DNA of 63,428 bases, filler included, from Rhabdomonas costata (lineage: Eukaryota): the NCBI GenBank assembly GCA_019059605.1. It is 55 parts of 55 records of this genome, joined end to end, with 100 filler letters (N's around TTAATTAATTAA, not from the genome) between each part and the next. Parts side by side here need not be neighbours in the genome. Positions count along the whole stretch, not along the records: positions 12,703 to 13,757 come from JAHMHO010031085.1; positions 13,858 to 14,913 come from JAHMHO010031086.1; positions 15,014 to 16,068 come from JAHMHO010031087.1; positions 16,169 to 17,232 come from JAHMHO010031088.1; positions 17,333 to 18,387 come from JAHMHO010031089.1; positions 18,488 to 19,542 come from JAHMHO010031090.1; positions 19,643 to 20,692 come from JAHMHO010031091.1; positions 20,793 to 21,847 come from JAHMHO010031092.1; 47 more parts are not named here. One strand, written 5' to 3'. Below the pieces are notes generated by a model, which did not search any database, was not told the origin of the DNA, and saw nothing but the letters and a program-made list of their open reading frames with translations. This document shows, piece after piece, positions 12,747-24,557 of this stretch. Position numbers and translations under genes: made by a program. Within the stretch, counting starts at the first letter, position 1, and the number at the start of each line of letters is the position of its first letter.

Positions 12747-13565
12747 GCCTGCCGTGCAGCGCTAATGCTCCGAGACACCCTTGCCAAGAAGAGCGAGTTC
12801 TCCGCGGTGCGGGTGAAGGTCGCCGTGGGCACGGGCTCGGCTCAGGTCGGGAACATCGGCAGCAAGGCCCACCTGAGCTTCAGCATTGTAGGTCCGGTGA
12901 TGCCAGTGACCAGCGCGCTGTGCAAGCTGAACGCGTTTCTGGGCACGGACATCCTGATCAGCTCGAACACGTGGCGGGACGCGAAGGAGCAATATGTGGC
13001 CAAGATAGTATGTTAATAAAACTGTCACTGGGGAGCTTGCGGCGCTGTTGTCCTATATATGTGAGACAAGTGTTACAGGATCCACTGAAGTTGGGGGACT
13101 CGCTGAAGACTTTGTTCCTATTCAGTGCTTGAGTTAGTTTTCATCTCAACCCGGTGCAGTCAAAATTGTGGGAAATGATAATATTCCATTACGTGTAGCA
13201 TTCAACTCAACTGCGTTTCATGGGATACTTTCTCAGCACCATGGACACCCTGTGTACGGTTCTTTAGTTCTGTGAAACCTGTCTGTATCACCCGTAACAC
13301 CCTGCACCCCGGTGGTTCCCAGACGATGGAGAGGCTGAAAACAGAGCAGTGCAGTGATTGCAGTGGTTGGGTTCAGTTTCATTCGCGTGGATTCCATTTT
13401 TCTCAGGTGGCGCGCTTCGACCTCTCATGTACTGACCCGTCCGAAGGCGTAGTGGAGGAGGTGGGGAGGTCAGGCATCGATACGATCCACCGGCAGCCTA
13501 CCCGTGCGACCACCCTGTCCGAGCTCTGCCGCGACGGTTCGGCCTCACTGGCCTACACGGCAGAG
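12747..13565 (+). CDS. Class III adenylate/guanylate cyclase-like domain, partial; exons 12747-13007 and probably 13407-13565
   Basis: ACRAALMLR...VRVKVAVGTGSAQVGNIGS..HLSFSIVGPV...LCKLNAFLGTDILISSNTW follows the class III cyclase pattern (GxxxGxxxxGNIGS...ILIS). Confidence 0.8.
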
Positions 13566-14092
13566 GTTTGCCACGGGGTTGAAGGGGGATTCATCTCTTT
13601 TCGGTTTTGCCACCGATGAGGTGGACGGGACACCGTGATCCGTTTATTCATTGCTTCGGACCGCTCGCAAACATGACGGTAGAATTTTGTGGTTGCAATA
13701 TTCGTTCTGCAAAATTGTTCTGCATAAAGGTTTTGCCCCCCCACACACACCACACACNNNNNNNNNNNNNNNNNNNNNNNNNNNNNNNNNNNNNNNNNNN
13801 NTTAATTAATTAANNNNNNNNNNNNNNNNNNNNNNNNNNNNNNNNNNNNNNNNNNNNTGTTGGTGTGTACAATACACAGAACGCTAGACGACAGAGAGGT
13901 CAATGTTCCGGCCCTCCTCATGGACCCTACTCGGAGCAGCCCAGATCATTGCAATGGACGATATTTACCTCCCGCACGACCACAGGCACAAGGCTCCCCC
14001 CAAAAAAAACCCAAAAAAAACACGTCAGAAAGTAGGAAAGTAGTAATGACGGAAATTATGGAACGGACTCAAAGAGCAAGCCGCGCATGCAC

Positions 14093-14701
14093 CCTCGTTC
14101 AGCAAATTGGCCTGGTTGAGTCGGCTCAGCTCGTCGTCGCAGGCTCGAAGCTGCTCCTGTGCCGCACAGGAGTTCTCCCAGCTGGCGTTGTCCTCCACAA
14201 CATACTCGTTACAGCTGCGCCAGTACCTGCAGTGCACAGAATCTCTCCAGAAGAATCGGTCTGGAAACCAAACGACGTGTAGGGGTGTCTCGGAAGTGCC
14301 ATCATCCAACAAAGGAATCTTACCAGATGATGAGAAAAAAGAACTGGTTTCGTTTTGGAGATTACCCTCGCTTTCACCACAGCAAAACCAAGGGAAAAAA
14401 GGGACTTGGTCAAAAAGTCAACCTGGACAGACCAACTCTGGCACAAGCCAACCCGGAAAATCACTTCTGTAACCTACTTTTTTTTAGATTCTGGCAAGGA
14501 AATCTGCGGAGAGGAGGCGATGAAAGTAACACACCCACACACCCAGACCCAAAGCACCCCCCCCACACACACACACGTTTGGATCTGCGCCTCGAGGTCC
14601 TCGCGCTCGCGGTCGATGACGGCGGCCTCCTTGTGGACCTCCCCTTCCTGGATTTCAACTACCGCGAGCTCTTCCAGCAGCTTCCGCTCCTGGCGCTCGA
14701 G
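14093..14701 (-). CDS. ATG6: Beclin-1/Atg6/Vps30-like coiled-coil region, partial; exons 14701-14577, 14226-14093
   Basis: LERQERKLLEELAVVE...EREDLEAQIQT|YWRSCNEY...LRACDDELSRLNQANLLNE parallels Beclin (EEERLIQELEDVE...YxREYxEF...QLDKLKKTNVFN). Confidence 0.65.
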
Positions 14702-14852
14702 CTGTGACAAGGAAGGTGCACGCTAAAAAGGGTCCATAGTTTCTGCTAATCACACACATCCCGCGGGTTAGTTATCAGAACTGTTTGAAGACCAACCCTT
14801 CCCCCGTTGGTTGGTGTGTTCTGACCCACATCCCGCAGGCAAGGTTCACACA

Positions 14853-14900
<48 letters not shown>

Positions 14901-15377
14901 AACAACCAACACCNNNNNNNNNNNNNNNNNNNNNNNNNNNNNNNNNNNNNNNNNNNNTTAATTAATTAANNNNNNNNNNNNNNNNNNNNNNNNNNNNNNN
15001 NNNNNNNNNNNNNTGTGTTGTCATCTTCATCAATCAATGATTTTTGGCATCCTGCACATCATCTGAGCTCAAGAGGTTCAAGAGGCACTTGGAACCTTTT
15101 GGTTCACTTATTATCGGTATATCCATTTTTCCTCGTGTTTTTGGAGGTGGGGAACGCAAGGCGTCTGCATCATTCTTTGCCACGAGTGAAGTCGCTCTGC
15201 TTGCGTTCAGACGTCCACTCAAAGCCGATCTCGGCGTTTGTTTGCTTTTAGAGTCGCCCACTGACTTTTCCGTTGCCACCGGCCTTCCGATTGGCTCTGA
15301 TTGAATGCACATCGTGGTTAAACGGGTGATCATTCACAATGGAATTTGCCCTCTGGTGCAACCCTCTATCCTTGCAG

Positions 15378-15893
15378 ATGCTTTCTGAGAAGGGGCCCTC
15401 CCTCGGCGGTGCCTTCCTCTGGTGAGCCGAAGCCCTACGCGGCATCCCCAGAGGGGCGCCTGCTATTCCGGTTTCTGTTAATGTACGTGAGCAAGCCGGT
15501 GGAATTTCAGCGCGTGACCGCCACTGCTGTGGTGCGGCAGCTGCTGATGCACAGCCAAGTGTGCCCCCCCCCCCGCACGCAAGCGGTGCATTTCACCAGC
15601 CAGATGGTAGCGATTGCGACTTTGTAATGCCCGGGGGGCTAATGATTTTCTCGTGGACAGCTCTGCATCTGCGCTTGTTTGATTACAGGGAGACGATGAG
15701 CTGCTCCAAGGATGTGTCAACTGCCTTCTCAGCCGCGCACGTATGCTCTTGTCTCCCTTCTGTATTTTGCTTTGGCGTGGGGTGCTGTTCTATTCGGTAT
15801 CGTGTGCCGTGTTCAGGCACCGACGAGCATGAGCGAATTCGGGTGTGTGCAGTTGAAGGTCTCGCCAGCCTCGCAGCCTACCCTCGGCACCAG
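15378..15893 (+). CDS. HEAT-repeat protein, MROH/maestro-like, partial; exons 15378-15558, 15689-15740, 15817-15893
   Basis: QRVTATAVVRQLL|...LLQGCVNCLLSRA|RTDEHERIRVCAVEGLASLA; three in-phase GT-AG exons with HEAT-like D...VR..A..GL motif. Confidence 0.55.
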
Positions 15894-16168
15894 GTTTGCG
15901 ATGTGGTAACTCGTGTAGTGAGTGTTCGACTGAAATGTTGGGATCCGTCTCGCACCGTGCCTTCTCCAATGATGCCGTTTGTTGGGAGCTTTATCTTGTT
16001 TCGAGTTTCCTTGTCATTTGTTGGTGCTCTAATTGTGAAGGCGCGGCGTGCAAATGCAACCACAAACCNNNNNNNNNNNNNNNNNNNNNNNNNNNNNNNN
16101 NNNNNNNNNNNNTTAATTAATTAANNNNNNNNNNNNNNNNNNNNNNNNNNNNNNNNNNNNNNNNNNNN

Positions 16169-17232
16169 GTTCGCTCCAACGGCACCTCTCGCGAGCACCC
16201 GTGGCCAACAGCGCGTGCGCCAGTCAGTCCCCAGTGGTCACCACCAACCAGTCAACCAGTCAACCAGGCAACAGCCAGCGCGCAATGCGCCCAACACACA
16301 AGAGCGGGCAACACGTCCCGCTGATCGCTCTAGCGGTCGCAATCGCACGGCGCAGCCGCGGGGTAGGTTCTCCACGCTGCAGGAAGATGGACGAAACTTG
16401 AAATGGCCACTTCCGCATTACACGAGGGGCGGCAAGAAGAAAATGTTTGACCGGACAGGACCCAAATGGGAATGGAGTGCCTGGTCTACCTGGATGAGGG
16501 CATGCTGGAGAAGAGAGTGGAGAAAGAGCAGGCTGAAGCGTATGCTGCGGATTCGAGACGATATCGGAAAGGCAGGGGGTACCGGCGACGAGAAATGGGG
16601 AGACACGGGTTACATTTACCTGCTTTACCACTTTCCGAGCCACATGGGGTACGTGGGGCAAACCCGCAACACAATCGAGCACCGTGCAAAGCAGCATTGG
16701 TGGGATCGGAACCGGGTCGAAGACCGGTTGCACGTAGTGCTCAAGAAAGACCCCAACCCTTTCTCCTTCGTGATGCTGCCCCTGGAGAAGGTGGACGAAA
16801 AGGAGTGGAAGGGTCGGCCATATGAAGCGGCCCGTTTTCGAGAGGTTGGGGAAACACTGGAGCGGCAGTGGATAAAGAGGCTGGGGACCATGTGGCCGAA
16901 GGGATGGAACAGCGCGTGGCCTGGAAAGCCAGTGGGCATGCGAGCAACCCGCCCAAAGGTTTATTGCAATCCGTCCCGAGAGCTCCTCTGGACCACAGCC
17001 GAGTTGCAAGCCTGGCTCAGCGAATATAGCAAAAACGAAAAGGAGTGCCGTCGCCGATTAGAAGATCAGACCCGAGAGGCGCTGCGGGAGCTGATGGAGT
17101 GGCTAGCAGGAGCAGGAAGGAAGGCAGCCCGGAGTGTGCAGTGCAATGAGACGAGTCATTCACAGCATCCTGAAGAAAAAGCCATCAGCACAACCGAGGC
17201 AATTCATCCGGTTCCCGTTCCTCCACCAAGCC
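16169..17232 (+). mobile_element. Penelope-like retroelement fragment; intronless ORF with GIY-YIG endonuclease (16608-16910), likely N-terminal to RT; probable frameshift near 17106
   Basis: GYIYLLY...YVGQT..TIEHRAKQH...LE...ERQWIKRLGTMWPKGWN: GIY-YIG with the PLE-type E..WI..L.T..P.G.N tail; coding continues to the contig end. Confidence 0.78.
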
Positions 17233-17547
17233 NNNNNNNNNNNNNNNNNNNNNNNNNNNNNNNNNNNNNNNNNNNNTTAATTAATTAANNNNNNNNNNNN
17301 NNNNNNNNNNNNNNNNNNNNNNNNNNNNNNNNGGGGTTTTTGCTTCTTTTGTGGCTAACCACCTTCCAATTGAACTTTTTAGAATCTTACTCGTGCTGTG
17401 CAAACACATCGCATACGGCTTCGGCGAGGTTGCATGACACTCTTGAGGGTTGGAGGGCAAAACCGAATCAAGCGTGAGGTCTCGTAATTTGCAGTGGGCC
17501 GAAGAAAGAGGGACACAACCTCCTCGGCGCGCAGACGTCCCACCAAC

Positions 17548-17685
17548 CGTAGCAGCTGGCTGACGTCGTCAAAAAAACTACGGAGGTCGGTCTCGCCCTC
17601 CGTGCTGTGCTCTCGAATCTTGTCCACAAGAGACTGGAGCTCTTCATCTCCCTTCTTGCGTTGCCCCGAGGACTTGGAAGTAGGC
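17548..17685 (-). CDS. Probable exon, unknown protein
   Basis: KKGDEELQSLVDKIREHSTEGETDLRSFFDDVSQLLR, coding-like composition followed by GT; boundaries approximate. Confidence 0.35.
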
Positions 17686-19649
17686 TAGCCACAAAAGAAG
17701 CAAAAACCACAGCAAACCACAAACCACAAACCACAAACCGTTTATGAAAGGGTCCTCCATGAAAGGCTTGGTTCTAAAAGGTCACGACAGGGTGGAGAGG
17801 TGTTCGGCAAAAACTTCCACCCGCTGTTTCCATTTTGGTAGCGGGATACCTGGTGTCCAGGTTCCGCTAACAGACTGAAGCAAAAGTGAAGACTGATGAC
17901 GCGCACTTACCAGCGCGTCATCAGTCTTCACTGTCAATTAAAAGTCCAAAGTCCAAAGTCCAAATTTCCTTAAAGCGACACCTCTTTTTCGAACTTTCAG
18001 TGGTGAGTTCCACTCATCTCAAGTATTTAAGGTTAAACTTAACACCCATTGTCCCACAAAGACTGTGGGGAAAAAGTCTGCGAAGCAAACGGAACATAAC
18101 GGGATCGAACACTCCCCAACCTCACAACTTAACAGCAGACGATTAACAGGGGGAGGGACCAAAAGCGCAGGCGAGGCGAAGATGTGTGCTGCATGCTGAC
18201 CGGTCGTTTGATCATTTCATCGTCGGGAGGGTTCCGCTCAAATCCAGCACCAAAGTGGTCAAGCGTAATGAACTTGATTGCGGGTAAATGCAAAGATACC
18301 AAGGTGCGAAATTTTCGGTGCATCGCTTGCAGGGTGCCCAACCAACTTCACGTTTTTATGGGACGCTATTTTTATGACCCACCCCCCNNNNNNNNNNNNN
18401 NNNNNNNNNNNNNNNNNNNNNNNNNNNNNNNTTAATTAATTAANNNNNNNNNNNNNNNNNNNNNNNNNNNNNNNNNNNNNNNNNNNNGCCGTTCCTTGTG
18501 CCTTGCCGTGCTCTGTGTTTATTCCACCATCTGGCGGAAAGGAGATCAGGGTTTGGGTTTGGGTTAGGTAGTTGCTTGCTTCGAGCTGCACTGAGCAATC
18601 CTGGATCCTCTCAGTCAGTTAGTGCCGGGAAAAAACCAGAAAATGCAATGCCATGCGCGTCTCCGCACCACCAGCAATTGCCAACCATATCACACACATA
18701 ATGACCAGCATCTGAAGGGAATTCATTTTGGATGAGGGTAACGACAATAGCAGCAAACTACTGTTCACTGCCCAGTGATCACCACGATACAAAAGGGGGG
18801 GTTGCGTTTGTGCTCACACGGGCGGCTTCGAGGTTGCTTCCGGGTGATTCAAGGGTCGAAACCAGGATTGCACAAACCTCAAAGTTCAATGAATTTCTCT
18901 TCACGAGAGGTCAAACATTCTCAAGTTCAATTCAATGTCAGCCATTGTCTGGAAACCCCCCAAACCTCAACATTCAATGTGGGGCACTACAATCCAACAA
19001 AAAAAACTTCAAAGTTCAAATTCAATGCAGCACACCGCATGAAGTGCAAACTCCCAAACCCCGCCCATGCATCAAACCTTGAAAGTCGATCTCGTACACG
19101 GGGCTCTGCTCCCACTCCAAACCCAGAACCGCGACGTGGTGCAACCTCCCGAAAGCTCCCTCAGGGTCCACCACAAGGGCCTCCAGGCACCGCCTTATCA
19201 GCGCCTGGGAGGACTTCCATGGGGAGCTCTGCACAGAATATCCACCCATTAAAAACACAGGGAAAGCAAGCTGTAGTCAAAAAGCCTTCTTCTCAATCTG
19301 TCAGCCCATTGAATAAGCGCAATGGAGAAGCAATCCTCCATTTTTTCTTACTCACCGTCTGCCATTCTGCGTTCTCCCATAACTTTTATGCCCTTTCTCC
19401 CTTTACCAAACCTTTGCTGAGGTCCCTCTTGCTCCCCCGAAGTTTTGTTCAGTTTTTTTGAACTGAGTGATGCGGAGAAAAACGGGGACAATAGCGGGAA
19501 CAAAAAAAACCCTGAAAACAGGCGATTTTTCTACAAACAACANNNNNNNNNNNNNNNNNNNNNNNNNNNNNNNNNNNNNNNNNNNNTTAATTAATTAANN
19601 NNNNNNNNNNNNNNNNNNNNNNNNNNNNNNNNNNNNNNNNNNGGTTTGT

Positions 19650-19803
19650 GGTCAGATTGTTGCCATGGCCTTCCGGACTGTTCAAGAATACGGATCTCTG
19701 CCTCCTGTCCCCGAGTAAGTTGGGGAGCAATGCTTTCCACAGGGACAGGAGGCAGAGATCCGTATTCTTGAACAGTCCGGAAGGCCATGGCAACAATCTG
19801 ACC
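19650..19803. repeat. Contig-terminal fold-back inverted repeat, 62-bp arms; likely amplification chimera
   Basis: 19650-19711 is the reverse complement of 19742-19803; similar structures at 3282-3355, 5779-5880, 11338-11443, 23995-24150, 34661-34819, 43901-44023, 51761-51866, 62384-62489. Confidence 0.92.
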
Positions 19804-20668
19804 TCGAAACTCGTCGGGGATGGCCAGCACCTTGGCAGCAACCGGAGCCTCGGTGGGACCAAATGGGGACCAATCGATAATCAGCGAAGTCGGTGGCCCC
19901 CAAGGGTCCCGCAGCAAGTTGGGGACAATCTGGGTGCTGTTGATCTCAAACTGGGAGTAATTGGAGGAGATCAGTACATTATCGGCAATGCTGCACACGT
20001 GCCCCTCCCATGTCTCAGGCATGGAGCCGTGGCTGACAAAGATGGCCCGCACATCTACGTACGTCAGGCGAATGTTGCCAAGCTGCACGTCCATTCTCCC
20101 CCAGCACTTGTGCAGGGTGTCCAGACCATTGCCGAACCGATTGATCAGCAGGTCCACGGCGCTCAGAAACACCCCACGGAGTGTACTTGACCCCAAGTAA
20201 ACGATCCACTGGCGCTTCTGGCTCTCCACCAAGCTTAGGAGCTGATCGTGGTTCCAGGTCTGGTAGTGGCACTGCTTGGGACGAAACACATAACCCCATC
20301 GCAGGCACTCCTCACGCATCACCGTGCGCTGGCTGGCACACCGCATCCATCTTCCTTCGTACGGAAAAGAGCCCAACCTTCCGCAAGGCTGCTTCTCTTT
20401 CGACGAGTTGAACAGGTCAGCACCGCTCACAGATAAGGTGTAGTTGTGTCGAGGTAAGGGAACAAAGCCCTTTGTGAGAATAAGGTCAATCGCCAGCGTG
20501 TATCTACCCGCTAGGACGGGCGTGTATGTGAAAGTCACCGTCAGGTTCGAGATGACGCCCAATACGCCTATCACGGTGTCAGGCCCCTCCACAGTGGCAT
20601 ACGCGTACAAGACGTTCTTCAGCACACATGGGCGTCCTCGAAGCACACTAAGAAGCTCGCGGGCTGCC
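19712..20668 (-). CDS. NXPE/CPED1/PC-esterase-like (SGNH-related) protein with preceding Ig/filamin-like strands, partial; single long exon
   Basis: More than 300 uninterrupted codons; VTFTYTPVLAGRYTLAI; C...GRW...YVFRPKQCHY...WIVYLGSSTLRGVF resembling the GDS-containing block of PC-esterases. 3' end replaced by a fold-back artefact. Confidence 0.6.
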
Positions 20669-21221
20669 CTGAGACGGCCAGAAAAAACACACNNNNNNNN
20701 NNNNNNNNNNNNNNNNNNNNNNNNNNNNNNNNNNNNTTAATTAATTAANNNNNNNNNNNNNNNNNNNNNNNNNNNNNNNNNNNNNNNNNNNNTTGTGTTG
20801 GTTCACTCCGGACGGCAATGTCCACACATGTGCGAGTGTCTTTCCTGTGACATTGTTTGCTGCAGTTGTCTGTGATTTCAGCCTGAACCATCGGCACCCC
20901 GTTTGTGCGGGCATGCCCTGTTGTTGAAAGTCATCAAAAATGTGTGTATATTGTTTGGGGAATGCCTATGTGTTAAATGGGAGGGGTCGGAATGTTGCAT
21001 TGTGAGGTTGCGGCTGTGGTGAGGGTTTTGATTCGGATTTTTAGGGGCGGTGAGGTGGGGATGCCAGAAAAAATTACTCGCATGAGGGTGGGCAATGGGA
21101 GACTTGGCTATGACGGAGCTAAGAGAAAGAGAATTATTAGCCATTTTTTAGTGTCTGATGGGGCTTTTCGAATCGAGCTTTGTCACATGAAAAAATGGAA
21201 CGGAACGGGCACCGAACCGAA

Positions 21222-21760
21222 GGCTTCGCGGGATACAGAATTGAAGGCGTTCTTCAATCCAGCTTGGCGCATCCCTGGTCTAGGGAGCGCGCCCAGCTCT
21301 GGACCCGTCACCACCGCTGTGTCGCCACTGTGTCGCACTTGGCCTTGAGTAGCCCAAATTGCATAAATCAGCTAAGCGTAGCAAGATCTTCCCTGACACT
21401 GAGAAACAGGGCCTTAATGCGCCACTGGTCGCAGGACTTCCCCCAGCACAACCGGGCGAATGCTGCCGTCTTTTTGTTCAGACACGAACGTCGCCTGGGA
21501 GAAGACCACTGAGCAGGAGGTTAGTGAAGTGGGCGAGCGCCGCGGCGAACTCCTCGCGAACAACGCCTTGAGAGGCAGCCGGAGGAAGAGCTTAAGGTGT
21601 TCCGTGCGGAGACCGGAAGGCCCAGGAGCGATACCCGTGGGTTCCGCACGCAACAGCTGCACGAGATCCTCCGTCGTGAGCTCCTCGCCGGGACCTGTGT
21701 GGCTGGTGGGGAAGGCAAGGGAAAGGTACAAGGAAATCGTTCCTTCAACACCAACAATGA
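21222..21760 (-). pseudogene. Decayed non-LTR retrotransposon reverse transcriptase, CRE/SLACS-like
   Basis: LKERFP / TTEDLVQLL...GIAPGPSGLRTEHLK...KDGSIRPVVLGEVLR / QFG / D.KNAFNSVSR in expected order, broken by frameshifts and stops. Confidence 0.8.
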
Positions 21761-22207
21761 AATTAAAATCAAAAATACAAGGTGCCAAGCTGAGTCTCCG
21801 GGACTTATGACCATATATTTATGACCATTGATTATAACCAACACAACNNNNNNNNNNNNNNNNNNNNNNNNNNNNNNNNNNNNNNNNNNNNTTAATTAAT
21901 TAANNNNNNNNNNNNNNNNNNNNNNNNNNNNNNNNNNNNNNNNNNNNGTGGGTTGGGTGCAGCTCTTCGAGGGCCTGACTCAGGATTTCGAGAGCTCCAC
22001 CCTTCACAGGTGTGCCTGCGCTTTCGACCTGCGGGGCCAGCCTGCTTTGGTACTTTTCTGGATCCTTCTGAGGAATGGGTGTACCCTCGACTCGTGCTGG
22101 GGACCAGAACTCAGATTGTGAACATAATCGCCCAGAATGCATAATACGTCACAGCATTTTCGAGATCCCTTTTGGTGATGACGTGTGTGTGTGGTGTGTG
22201 TGATTAG

Positions 22208-22703
22208 GTTTAGCCGCCCCGGCAGCCGCAACGAGCAAAACATTGCCATGCCCTCGGAGAGCCTGCATATCGCCAATATCCTGGAGACCGCCGAGGAGCA
22301 GTCTCTGGTGCAGCTCTTCTCCACCTTCGGGATGGTGGTGGCCTTCAAGTTCCTGCCCAACACGAGGAAGGTTGTCATGCCTGCAATTGTTTTGTTTCAG
22401 TCTGTTGTCAAGTTAACCGTTATCATCAAGATCTTTAATGGGGTCCCTTTTTTTGACGACTGGCGATGTGCGTATCGGTGTACCGTTTCCGGGCCTAGCA
22501 TGATTTCCTTGTGCGTCCGCCTTTGTCGCGTGTGCGTTATCTTGTTGCCTGTTTTTCAGATGGCTAGTGTGCGGTACAGTACCACGGAGAGTGCAGTTAG
22601 TGCACTGATTGCGCTGCATGGGGCGTCCGAGGCGGCTGAAGGATTTGCGGGAGACAGCAAGGGCCTGATGATCTCCTTCTCCAAAGCCGGTACGGGCATG
22701 TAA
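22208..22703 (+). CDS. PTBP: Polypyrimidine tract-binding protein (PTB/hnRNP L family), last RRM; exons 22208-22370, 22560-22703
   Basis: RFSRPGSRNEQNIAMPSESLHIANI...FKFLPNTRK|MASVRY...AVSALIALH...LMISFSK matches PTB RRM4 ([25 protein letters not shown]...RKMAL...LRVSFSK). Confidence 0.9.
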
Positions 22704-24557
22704 GGCCTTGAACCTTGTAGTGCCTTGAACCTCTGCCCTGGAGCAAGTAATTACAAGTTCGTAGTTACCAGTACAGTGTCACCGTTATTTGTGCAAACTT
22801 CTCGTTCCTTGTGACTGGCGCTGACCCGACAGGCACAAGGCTTGTGACAAAGAGACAACGAGAATGGGTGCCGCGCAACTGGGATCAGCATGCTTCCCAG
22901 CTCTCAGTCCGATTACCCCTCCTTGTTGACCTTGCTGTTGCTGTTGGAAAAGATGAACCGGAAAGAACCGGAAGAGAGTCGAACACTTTGTGTCGTCATC
23001 GANNNNNNNNNNNNNNNNNNNNNNNNNNNNNNNNNNNNNNNNNNNNTTAATTAATTAANNNNNNNNNNNNNNNNNNNNNNNNNNNNNNNNNNNNNNNNNN
23101 NNAGTAGCATTGGTCAAGGGGAATGGCCAGAAAGGTCATTTGGCCAAAAGGGAATTTCGTTGGGGGGGGAAATGTGGGTGAAAGTATGTGTTGTGGGAGT
23201 ACGTGTTTCCGGGCAAGGAGTGATCCTTGGCCGGGGAGAAGATCCGGTTTCTGACATTAGGAGGACCGTTACATGCGTTCGGGTGTGGTGAATTTCGCGT
23301 CACCATGCCATGCAAAAAGAGGAAAATGGGTTACTAACTTTGCCGGCCCGATGCTTGTCATTCTGCTCATTCACGTTGCGGGCTGGTGAAATTCTGGCAA
23401 CCCGTTCTTTACCAAAACCGTAGCAGACACAGCTAAAATGCTGCTACATTCTGGGTTTTGCGCCGGCTCTTCCTCTCAGCACATAGTAAACTACGCTCTA
23501 CAATCAAAGGCATGCGATAGTTGAAGTCTACGACTTTGACGCAAAACCTGAATTCAGCAAAAAGAAAACTCTGACCAAAAAGAAAAGCGCTCTCCTTGGA
23601 GTGCTCTCCTTGGAGTGCTCTCCTTCTTCTGTCCTTTTCTTCTATCAAATGTCCGCTACTTACAAAGGTCTTCCATTTTTCATTGCAAGTTTCTTGACAG
23701 CAAAGTCTTTGAGCTGTGCCGCATCTTGGCTTTTACAACGCTTCACATCGTTACATCTCCTTAAATTTCTGAATCTGTCTCCATCTGCCGCAGTTCAGAT
23801 AAAAGCCCTTTTTCAGTATTCTTCGCAGAGACCAAATGCCAATAAATCACGCTGTAAATCTTGACTTGATTTCTGTACGGTTTCTCCTTTAAAACCACTA
23901 GCTGTGACAAAACAATTTCTCTTGCAAAATTGATACCTAACTTTATAGAGCAGTGACAGCATTGCGGAGCAGTTGTGTCTTCCAGGCATTTTGATTTTGG
24001 AACAAACCACTTAGAGTGCTAAAAACAAACTGCAAACATGGCAATAATAAGCAAATTTATATTCCAAGTTTGCATGGAGTCCAAATAATGCTTCAACAAA
24101 TCATGCCATGTGCTGTTTGTTTTTAGCACTCTAAGTGGTTTGTTCCAAAACCAAAAANNNNNNNNNNNNNNNNNNNNNNNNNNNNNNNNNNNNNNNNNNN
24201 NTTAATTAATTAANNNNNNNNNNNNNNNNNNNNNNNNNNNNNNNNNNNNNNNNNNNNGGTGTGGGGTTGCGCTGGACCATCCTTCTCATTTTGATACAAC
24301 TCCTGAAGGTCCGGTATGCGGCAGCGATAGGCGTTCCACACGAGCAATCTCTTCGCGAAATTGAAACTGCTCCCACTTGGTCCACCTTGTTATCTTCGCG
24401 TGGACAAAATATGCACGGTGCGCCTGCTCTGTTCTGTTTTTGGAGTTTGTTGGACCCGGGTACCAATCTGCAACCTTCACAAAGACTCCCTCATTGTCCC
24501 GATGTGTGCAGAGCCACCACAATCCACCACTGAACAGCGCGGGCGCACAGCACATAC

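Noticed and set aside
23433-24010. AT-rich minus-strand ORF pieces as a decayed DNA transposase
   Set aside because: No recognisable DDE or hAT dimerisation motif.
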